Shown: positions 25,094 through 32,000 of the stretch, in pieces
Layout: the number at the start of each line of letters is the position of its first letter
How positions within the stretch are numbered: the first letter of the stretch is position 1
Assembly (NCBI RefSeq): GCF_000012905.2
Contig: NC_007493.2
Location: forward strand, 540,001-572,000
DNA length: 32,000 bases
Source: Cereibacter sphaeroides 2.4.1
GTDB lineage: Bacteria > Pseudomonadota > Alphaproteobacteria > Rhodobacterales > Rhodobacteraceae
Direction of reading: 5' to 3'
Notes under the pieces: generated by a model
Seen by the model: only the letters and a program-made list of their open reading frames with translations
Database searches by the model: none
What the model was told of the DNA's origin: nothing
Translations under genes and position numbers: made by a program

Positions 25094-26890
25094 TCAAAGA
25101 GGCGCAGCCGCCGCTTCCAGCCAGTCCCAAGCCGCGGGCGACAGGCGTGAACCGATCTTTTCGAGAACGTCCCGGTGGTAGGCGTCGATCCAGTCCCGCT
25201 CTGCCGAGGACAGGAGCTGCGGCAGGATCAGGCGGCGGTCGAAGGGCACGAAGGTCAGCGTCTCGAAGGCCAGTTGCCGACGATTGTCGCCCAGGGCAGG
25301 GGCCTCCTCGACGACGATCAGGTTTTCCAGCCGGATCCCGAAGGCGCCTTCGCGGTAATAGCCGGGCTCGTTCGACAGGATCATGCCCGGCTCCAGCGGC
25401 ACCTCGGAGATGCGGGCGATCCGCTGCGGCCCCTCGTGGACCGACAGGAACGCGCCGACGCCGTGGCCCGTGCCGTGGTCGTAATCCTGTCCGGCGAGCC
25501 AGAGCGGATAGCGGGCGAGCGCGTCGAGGTCGCGCCCGGCCAGCCCCTTGGGCCAGCGCGCGCGGCTGATCGCGATCAACCCCTGCAGCACGCGGGTGTA
25601 GCATTCCCGCGCCTCTTGCCCCGGATCGCCCACCGCGACCGTGCGGGTGATGTCGGTGGTGCCGTCGGCATATTGCGCGCCCGAGTCGACGAGCAGCAGC
25701 TCATCCCGCTGCACCGGGCGGTTCGAGCCGTCGGTCACGCGGTAATGCATGATCGCGCCGTTCGGACCCGCGCCGCAGATCGTGTCGAAGCTGATGTCGT
25801 GGAGCGCATTGGTCGCGCGGCGGAAGCCCTCGAGCGCCGTCACCACGTCGATCTCGGTCAGGCCGCCCTTCGGGGCCTCGGCATCGAGCCAGGTCAGGAA
25901 TTCGACCATGGCCGCCCCGTCGCGCAGATGGGCGTCGCGCATGCCCGCGATCTCGGCCGCGGTCTTGCAGGCCTTGGGCAGGCGGCAGGGATCGTCGCCG
26001 TCCACCGCCTCCACGCCGGCATCCTGCAGCTCGAGGAGCACGGCCAGCGGCGCCGTCTTGCGGTCGACCTGCACCGGGCCTGTCAGTGTCCGTAGTGCCG
26101 GCACGAAGGCCTGCGGCGGGCGCAGCGTCACGCCCGCGCCCAGATGCGCGCGGGTGGCCTCGTCGAACTTCGCGGCTTCAGCGAAGAGGGTCACGCGGGC
26201 ATCGTCGTGCAGCACGGCAAAAGCGTGGAGCACCGGATTGCGCGGTACGTCCGACCCGCGGATGTTCAGAAGCCAGCAGATCGAGTCGGGCAGGCTCAGC
26301 ACGACCGCCCTGCGGCCCGCGGCGGCGAGCGTCTGGGCCAGACGCTGGCGCTTGGCCTCGCCCGTCTCGCCCGCGAGCGCGTCGGGATGAACGAAGGCGC
26401 GGCCCATCGGCGGATCGGGCTGATCGGCCCACAGCCGGTCGAGCGGGTTCTCCACCGGCCTGAGCGTGATGCCGGAGCCCGCCAGCGCCGTTTCGAGCCG
26501 CGCGATCTCGTCGGCGGTATGGAGCCAGGGATCGAAGCCGATCACGCCTTGGGAAAGTTTTTCACGCAGCCAGTCGCCAGGCTGGATCTCGGGCCAGGCC
26601 ACCGGCGTGAAATGGGCCAGATCCACCTGATGCTTTACCTGCACCCGGTAGCGACCGTCGATGAAGACGCCCGCCACCTCGGGCAGCACGAGGCAGAAGC
26701 CGGCCGAGCCGGTGAAGCCCGTCAGCCATTGCAGCCGGTCGTCGCGCGCGGCCACATATTCGCCCTGATGCGCGTCCGAGCGCGGCACGAGGAAACCGGC
26801 CAGCCCCTCGGCGGTCAGCGCCTGCCGCAGGGCGGCAAGCCGGGCCGGCCCCTGAGCCGGGGAGGAAGTCGCATGGAACGTCTGGAACAT
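25094..26890 (-). CDS. pepP: Xaa-Pro aminopeptidase (M24B, aminopeptidase P family)
   Basis: 598-aa ORF. It has an N-terminal creatinase-like domain plus pita-bread metal ligands (DSGAQYADGTTDITRT, HGTGHGVG, SNEPGYY, IRLEN). Confidence 0.9.
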   Translation of the reverse strand: MFQTFHATSSPAQGPARLAALRQALTAEGLAGFLVPRSDAHQGEYVAARDDRLQWLTGFTGSAGFCLVLPEVAGVFIDGRYRVQVKHQVDLAHFTPVAWPEIQPGDWLREKLSQGVIGFDPWLHTADEIARLETALAGSGITLRPVENPLDRLWADQPDPPMGRAFVHPDALAGETGEAKRQRLAQTLAAAGRRAVVLSLPDSICWLLNIRGSDVPRNPVLHAFAVLHDDARVTLFAEAAKFDEATRAHLGAGVTLRPPQAFVPALRTLTGPVQVDRKTAPLAVLLELQDAGVEAVDGDDPCRLPKACKTAAEIAGMRDAHLRDGAAMVEFLTWLDAEAPKGGLTEIDVVTALEGFRRATNALHDISFDTICGAGPNGAIMHYRVTDGSNRPVQRDELLLVDSGAQYADGTTDITRTVAVGDPGQEARECYTRVLQGLIAISRARWPKGLAGRDLDALARYPLWLAGQDYDHGTGHGVGAFLSVHEGPQRIARISEVPLEPGMILSNEPGYYREGAFGIRLENLIVVEEAPALGDNRRQLAFETLTFVPFDRRLILPQLLSSAERDWIDAYHRDVLEKIGSRLSPAAWDWLEAAAAPL

Positions 26891-28749
26891 CAGGCCACCC
26901 GCCGTTTGCCGATGCGCTTCTTCGGATCGGCGTCGAAAAGCGATGCCAGCTGCTCGGTCATGGCGCCGGCCAGCTGCTCCACATCGGTGATCGTCACGGC
27001 GCGCGCATAGTAGCGCGTCACGTCATGGCCGATGCCGATGGCGATGAGCTCCACCTGCCGCTTGCGCTCGACCATCGCGATCACATCGCGGAGATGTTTT
27101 TCAAGATAGCTCGCCGGGTTCACCGACAGGGTGGAATCGTCCACCGGCGCCCCGTCCGAGATCACCATGAGGATCTTGCGCGTCTCGGCCCGGCTGCTCA
27201 GCCGACGATGCGCCCATTCCAGCGCCTCGCCGTCGATGTTCTCCTTGAGGAGCCCTTCCTTCATCATCAGGCCGAGATTCTCGCGCGCCCGCCGCCAGGG
27301 CGCGTCGGCGCCCTTGTAGACGATGTGGCGCAGGTCGTTGAGCCGCCCGGGCTGCTGCGGACGGCCCGCTGCCAGCCATTTCTCGCGGCTCTGCCCGCCC
27401 TTCCAGGCGCGCGTGGTGAAGCCCAGGATCTCGACCTTGACCTGACAGCGTTCCAGCGTGCGCGCGAGCACATCGGCGCAGATCGCGGCGATCGAGATCG
27501 GCCGACCGCGCATCGAGCCGGAATTGTCCAGCAGCAGCGTCACACAGGTGTCGCGGAATTCGGTGTCCTTCTCGACCTTGAACGAGAGCGGCGTGGTCGG
27601 GTTGGCCACCACCCGCGCGAGGCGGCCGGCATCGAGGATGCCTTCCTCGCGGTCGAATTCCCAGCTGCGGTTCTGCTGCGCCTGAAGCCGGCGCTGCAGC
27701 TTGTTCGCAAGCCGGCTCACCGCGCCCTTCAGCGGCTCGAGCTGCTGGTCGAGATAGGCCCGCAGGCGCTCGAGCTCGGCCGGTTCGGCCAGATCCTCGG
27801 CGCGGATCTCCTCGTCGAACTCGGTGGCGAAGACGACATAGGCCGGATCGGCCTCGGAATAGGCTGCAGGCGGCGGGGGTTCGAGCGGCGCCTCGCCCTC
27901 GGGCAGCTCCATCTCCTCGCCCTGATCCGAATCGGGCTGGTCGTCCATCGAGACCTGCGCCTCGGTCGGATCCTGCTGCTCTTCCTGGCTGCGCTCGGGT
28001 TGCGCCTCGGGCGACTCCTCGGACTCGTCTTCGCCCTGGCTCTGGGAGTCGTCCTCGTCGGTCTCCGCGTCCTCGCCCGCCTCGTCCTGCTCGTCGGTAT
28101 CGGGATCGTCGCCGAGCTGGTCGCCGTAGCCCAGATCCGAGATCACCTTGCGCGCGAGCCGGGCGAAGGCCGCCTGATCGGACAGCACCTCGTCGAGGTT
28201 CTGAAGCGTGTCGCCCGCCTGCTGCTCGATGAAGCCGCGCCAGAGCTCCATCACATTGTCGGCGCCGCCGGGCAGGGTGCGCCCCGTCGCCAGATGGCGC
28301 ACGAGATAGCCCGCCGCCGTGGCGAGCGGCGCATCCGCGGCCTGGGTGATCTGTGCATAGCCCTTCCGCTCGGCCTCGTGTCCGATCCGCGCGTCGATGT
28401 TGCCGGCAGTGCCGGGCATGGTGCGCGCGCCCACCGCCTCGCAGCGCGCCGTCTCCATCGCCTCGTAGATCTCGCGCGCCATCTGGCCCTGCGGCAGGTA
28501 GCGGGCCGACAGGGCATCGTCGTGATAGCGGCGGCGCAGGGCGAAGGCATCGGCCGTGCCGCGGGCGAGCATCACCTCGTCGCGCGTCATCCGGCGGCTG
28601 ACCTGCGGCAGCCGCATCCCCTCGCGGTTCATCCCCGCGGGATCGACCGTGAAGGTCACCGTCATCTCCGGATCGCAGGCGAGGGTCTTCGTCGCCTCGG
28701 CAAGGGCCTTCTTGAACGGATCGGCGGGGTTGTCGCTGGGCTTGCTCAT
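26890..28749 (-). CDS. cobT: cobaltochelatase subunit CobT (VWA-domain partner of CobS)
   Basis: It has a CobT N-domain, a long acidic linker ([27 protein letters not shown]) and a C-terminal VWA with MIDAS (LLLDNSGSM). The start is at 28749. The stop overlaps the pepP ATG (ATGA at 26889-26892). Confidence 0.9.
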   Translation of the reverse strand: MSKPSDNPADPFKKALAEATKTLACDPEMTVTFTVDPAGMNREGMRLPQVSRRMTRDEVMLARGTADAFALRRRYHDDALSARYLPQGQMAREIYEAMETARCEAVGARTMPGTAGNIDARIGHEAERKGYAQITQAADAPLATAAGYLVRHLATGRTLPGGADNVMELWRGFIEQQAGDTLQNLDEVLSDQAAFARLARKVISDLGYGDQLGDDPDTDEQDEAGEDAETDEDDSQSQGEDESEESPEAQPERSQEEQQDPTEAQVSMDDQPDSDQGEEMELPEGEAPLEPPPPAAYSEADPAYVVFATEFDEEIRAEDLAEPAELERLRAYLDQQLEPLKGAVSRLANKLQRRLQAQQNRSWEFDREEGILDAGRLARVVANPTTPLSFKVEKDTEFRDTCVTLLLDNSGSMRGRPISIAAICADVLARTLERCQVKVEILGFTTRAWKGGQSREKWLAAGRPQQPGRLNDLRHIVYKGADAPWRRARENLGLMMKEGLLKENIDGEALEWAHRRLSSRAETRKILMVISDGAPVDDSTLSVNPASYLEKHLRDVIAMVERKRQVELIAIGIGHDVTRYYARAVTITDVEQLAGAMTEQLASLFDADPKKRIGKRRVA

Positions 28750-28800
28750 GGCTTCAGATAAAGCACCCGGACCGGGCGCGGACAAGGGGAGAGAGAGCCG

Positions 28801-29130
28801 TCACCGGAAGAGCTTCCAGCGCTCGGCGCGGTCGAGGGCCCGGTTGAGCCGGTAGCGGTCCATGGCCAGAGCCACGGCCTCGGGGTGGGCGCGTTCGAGA
28901 TCGGTCAGGTTGCGCATCACCGCCGCCGCTCGGAGCCGGGTCAGGAGCCCGGTGGCCAGGGCGGCGAGCAGCCCCGCCGCAAGGGCAAGGAGAGCCGATC
29001 CGGCCGCAAGCCAGACCACCGCCCCCACGAGGACCGCCGCCAGCGCGCCGAGGATCCGTCCCTGACGCCGCAGGGTCTCAAGGGACCCGTGAAGTTCGGC
29101 GAGACGTGCGGCGACGGCGGCCTGATCCAT
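28801..29130 (-). CDS. 109-aa two-TM protein, paralogue B (unknown function)
   Basis: The ATG at 29130 lies 1 nt after the stop of paralogue A. Hydrophobic hairpin ILGALAAVLVGAVVWLAAGSALLALAAGLLAALATGLL. The conserved tail AHPEAVALAMDRYRLNRALDRAERWKLF is collinear with paralogue A. Confidence 0.6.
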   Translation of the reverse strand: MDQAAVAARLAELHGSLETLRRQGRILGALAAVLVGAVVWLAAGSALLALAAGLLAALATGLLTRLRAAAVMRNLTDLERAHPEAVALAMDRYRLNRALDRAERWKLFR

Positions 29131-29131
29131 T

Positions 29132-29461
29132 TCAGCAGTAGAGTTTGTAGCGTCCGGCGCGCTCGGTCGCCATCACCATGCGGTAGCGTTCGAGCGCGGC
29201 CGGATAGAGATCGGGATGCTCGACCGCGAGGCGCGCCTGCCGCCGCCCGGCCGAGAGGAGCGAGAGGCCCGCGCCGGCCGCTCCGAAGGCCGCCCCGGCA
29301 AGGGCAAGGGCGAGCGCGGTGCCCGCGCCGCCGAAGAGGAGGAAACCAAGGCCCGCGCCGGCCAGAGCCAGCACGGGAACGAGCGTCAGGATCTGGCGCC
29401 TTGCCCGCGACCGCGCCGCCTCGCAGGCGGCGATGCGCTCGGCCAGCGCCGCGATACTCAT
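29132..29461 (-). CDS. 109-aa two-TM protein, paralogue A (unknown function)
   Basis: The ATG at 29461 overlaps the cobS stop (ATGA at 29458-29461). Product: [66 protein letters not shown]...[28 protein letters not shown]. It is the last 109 aa of track ORF 29132..29914. Confidence 0.6.
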   Translation of the reverse strand: MSIAALAERIAACEAARSRARRQILTLVPVLALAGAGLGFLLFGGAGTALALALAGAAFGAAGAGLSLLSAGRRQARLAVEHPDLYPAALERYRMVMATERAGRYKLYC

Positions 29462-30432
29462 TTCATCGCCGTGGAGGCGGCGCTTTCCGGCAGTTCCTCG
29501 TTGAAGCAGCGCTGGTAGAACTCGGCCACCGTCTGGCGTTCGAGCTCGTCGCACTTGTTGAGGAAGGTGAGCCGGAAGGCATAGCCCACGTTGCGGAAGA
29601 TCTCGGCGTTCTGCGCCCAGGAGATCACGGTCCGCGGGCTCATCACCGTCGAGAGGTCGCCGTTCATGAACGCGGTGCGGGTGAGATCCGCGACCGTCAC
29701 CATCTGGCTGATCTGCTTGCGGCCCTTCTCGGTGTTGTAATGCGGGTTCTTCGACAGGACGATCGCCACCTCGGCATCGTGGCTGAGGTAGTTCAGCGTG
29801 GCCACCAGCGACCAGCGGTCCATCTGGCCCTGGTTGATCTGCTGAGTGCCGTGGTAGAGGCCGGTCGTGTCGCCCAGGCCCACGGTGTTCGCGGTCGCGA
29901 ACAGCCGGAAGCACGGGTGGGGGGTGATGACTTCGTTCTGGTCGAGCAGCGTGAGCTTGCCGTCGGTTTCCAGCACGCGCTGGATCACGAACATCACGTC
30001 GGCGCGGCCCGCATCATATTCGTCGAAGACGATGGCGCAGGGGTTGCGCAGCGCCCAGGGCAGGATGCCTTCCTGGAAGGTCGTGACCTGCTTGCCGTCC
30101 ACCAGCTTGATCGCGTCCTTGCCGATCAGGTCGATCCGGCTGACGTGGCTGTCGAGGTTCACCCGCACGCAGGGCCAGTTGAGCCGGCTCGCCACCTGTT
30201 CGATATGGGTGGATTTCCCGGTGCCGTGATAGCCCTGGATCATGACGCGGCGGTTGTAGGCGAAGCCTGCGAGGATCGCGAGCGTCGTGTCGGCATCGAA
30301 CTTGTAGGTGGGATCGATGTCCGGCACCCGATCGGTGCGCTCGGCGAAGCCCTTCACCTTCATGTCGGTGTCGATGCCGAAGGTCTCGCGAACGGAAATT
30401 TCCTCGGTGGGTCTCACAGTCATGTCCAGCAT
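29458..30432 (-). CDS. cobS: cobaltochelatase subunit CobS (MoxR-like AAA+ ATPase)
   Basis: Walker A (GYHGTGKST), Walker B (IVFDEYD) and the CobS-specific N-terminus ([18 protein letters not shown]) are present. The start is at 30432 or 30423. Confidence 0.9.
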   Translation of the reverse strand: MLDMTVRPTEEISVRETFGIDTDMKVKGFAERTDRVPDIDPTYKFDADTTLAILAGFAYNRRVMIQGYHGTGKSTHIEQVASRLNWPCVRVNLDSHVSRIDLIGKDAIKLVDGKQVTTFQEGILPWALRNPCAIVFDEYDAGRADVMFVIQRVLETDGKLTLLDQNEVITPHPCFRLFATANTVGLGDTTGLYHGTQQINQGQMDRWSLVATLNYLSHDAEVAIVLSKNPHYNTEKGRKQISQMVTVADLTRTAFMNGDLSTVMSPRTVISWAQNAEIFRNVGYAFRLTFLNKCDELERQTVAEFYQRCFNEELPESAASTAMK

Positions 30433-30597
30433 TCCGTCCGCCTTGTTGCCGCATCGGCCGCCCTTCCGGGCGCCCGGCCTTTGATGAAACATATCGGGCA
30501 GGGCTGCAAGGGAAAGGGCGACAAGCCGCGTTGACCTTCTTGCAGTCGCCATCCCGGGCGCGCACTCGTGCCGCGCGAAGGTGCGGCGCGACCGGGG

Positions 30598-31233
30598 TCA
30601 GTCGCGGAAGTAGCGGCTGTCCTTGATCTGGTCCCAGGCCCAGACCACTTCCTGCAGCCGTTCCTCGTCGGCGCGGTTGCCGCCGTTCATGTCCGGATGC
30701 AGGTCCTTCACGAGGCTCTTGTATTGCTTGCGGATCTCGAGCTTCGTCCAGGTGTCGCGCGCGTCGAGGATCTCGAGCGCCTTGCGCTCGGTCGGCGGCA
30801 GCTTACGCGTGGCGGTGGTGGCGACCTTGCCGGGGTTCTGCGTGGCCTTCTCGCCCAGGATCTCCATCGGGTCGTCGACGCCCAGCCGCGACCAGACGCG
30901 GCCCTCGTCGGGACGTTTGGCGAAGGGCTGGGTTTCGCGGCCCCAGAGCCGGTCCTTCTCCATGATGCGCTTGATCTCGTCCTCGCCCGATCCCTGGAAG
31001 AAATTCCATTTCAGGTTGTATTCGCGGACGTGATCCTTGCAGAACCAGAAGAACTCATCGAGCAGGTCCGGCGATTTCGGGGCCCGATAGATGCCCGCCT
31101 CGGAGCAGTCGGGATATTCGCACTGACGATTGGACGTCTCGAACGCGCCCGACATGCCCCGGCGGCCGGTCTTGCGCCGCTTCTTGTCCGAGGAGACCCG
31201 GATGTCGAATTCGAAGGGGGGGCGGTTCGTCAT
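30598..31233 (-). CDS. J-domain protein (C-terminal DnaJ domain), conserved neighbour of cobS/bolA
   Basis: The C-terminal KQYKSLVKDLHPDMNGGN... carries the HPD motif. The N-terminal Cys-containing region (CEYPDCSEAG...FWFCKDHVREYN) looks zinc-ribbon-like. Confidence 0.8.
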   Translation of the reverse strand: MTNRPPFEFDIRVSSDKKRRKTGRRGMSGAFETSNRQCEYPDCSEAGIYRAPKSPDLLDEFFWFCKDHVREYNLKWNFFQGSGEDEIKRIMEKDRLWGRETQPFAKRPDEGRVWSRLGVDDPMEILGEKATQNPGKVATTATRKLPPTERKALEILDARDTWTKLEIRKQYKSLVKDLHPDMNGGNRADEERLQEVVWAWDQIKDSRYFRD

Positions 31234-31307
31234 CTCATCATGCCTTTCCGACTCGGAGGCGTGAGTTTAGGGGTTTGTGCGCGGGATTGAAGAGGGGAAG
31301 GCACGGG

Positions 31308-31565
31308 ATGGGCGTGGTCGAGGAAATTCGTGATCGGCTGGAGGCGGCCTTCGCGCCGGAAGAGCTTGAGGTGATGGACGAAAGCGAGCAGCACCGCGGC
31401 CATGGCGGCTGGCGCGAGGGCGGCGAGACGCACTTTCGTGTGAGGATGCGTGCGGCCGCGATGGCGACGCAAACCCGGCTCGAGCGGCATCGGGCGGTGA
31501 ATGCGGCGCTCGGGAAGGATCTCGTCGGGCGCATTCACGCGCTCGCGCTGGATGTAGCCGGCTGA
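31308..31565 (+). CDS. bolA: BolA-family protein
   Basis: ...LEVMDESEQHRGHGG......HFRVRM....F.......RHR.VN.AL......IHALAL fits the BolA fold signature. The ATG is at 31308 within ORF 31275..31565. Confidence 0.85.
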   Translation: MGVVEEIRDRLEAAFAPEELEVMDESEQHRGHGGWREGGETHFRVRMRAAAMATQTRLERHRAVNAALGKDLVGRIHALALDVAG

Positions 31566-31673
31566 GGCGCCGCCCGAGCGTCCGGCGGCCCGCGAGAGGC
31601 CGTCGTCGCATGGATATTTAAGCCAGAGTGAGGGAGCGGGGCACGCCCTCCGGGCAGGAGGGCGCCCCCGCGG

Positions 31674-32000
31674 TCAGGCGCGGCTGACCTGCGGCGTGCG
31701 CTCGGCCTTCACCTGCAGGCGCCGGGCATGGAGCACCGGCTCGGTATAGCCCGAGGGCTGCTCGCGGCCCTTGAAGACGAGGTCGCAGGCCGCCTGGAAG
31801 GCCGCGCCGTCGAAGCCGGGCGCCATGGGCCGGTAGGCCGGATCGCCGGCATTCTGCGCATCCACCACGGCGGCCATCTTCTTCAGCGCCGCCATCACCT
31901 GATCTTCCGACACGACACCGTGGTGCAGCCAGTTCACCAGCGCCTGGCTGGAGATCCGGCAGGTGGCGCGGTCTTCCATCAGGCCCACGTCGTTGATGTC
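31674..32000 (-). CDS. glcB: malate synthase G, C-terminal 108 codons; the gene continues past the right edge
   Basis: [30 protein letters not shown]... is the conserved malate synthase G C-terminal region. The frame is open to position 32000. Confidence 0.85.
   Translation of the reverse strand, partial: DINDVGLMEDRATCRISSQALVNWLHHGVVSEDQVMAALKKMAAVVDAQNAGDPAYRPMAPGFDGAAFQAACDLVFKGREQPSGYTEPVLHARRLQVKAERTPQVSRA

Overview
High-GC (roughly two-thirds G+C by eye) alphaproteobacterial chromosome segment. Rhodobacterales is a guess from gene content. It has three parts. (i) 1-7.9 kb is core: a cysH'-cysI-DUF2849-cobA sulfate-assimilation/siroheme operon with coupled stops and starts, a divergent Lrp/AsnC regulator, a cytochrome P450, tpiA, an A-type Fe-S carrier, sufT and a putative glycosyltransferase. 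(ii) About 7.9-20.5 kb is an accessory mosaic ending at a CAU-anticodon tRNA. It holds DUF982, CspA, a Crp/Fnr regulator, small orphan ORFs, an internally duplicated ORF, and a decayed IS66 element (tnpA, broken tnpB, truncated tnpC). It also holds an AT-rich 3.9-kb cargo segment bracketed by inverted IS66-type termini, carrying a GyrI-like protein, a frameshifted multi-TM protein and a small membrane protein plus HlyD-type adaptor. The mosaic ends with phage remnants (a gene fragment and a truncated HNH) and an IS481-like transposase fragment abutting a 5'-truncated tyrosine integrase. (iii) 20.6-32 kb is core: purM-purN, rnd, a lipoprotein, sufE, DUF427, pepP, cobT, two tandem 109-aa membrane paralogues, cobS, a J-domain protein, bolA and the 3' end of malate synthase G. 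I saw no rRNA, CRISPR array, reverse transcriptase/retron or recognisable known defence system. Many long ORFs in the six-frame track are antisense shadows typical of high-GC DNA. The best candidates for something undescribed are the IS66-bracketed low-GC cargo genes, the two membrane paralogues wedged into the cobS-cobT operon, and the Crp-linked cluster of orphan ORFs. All of these are hypotheses that need database searches I cannot run.
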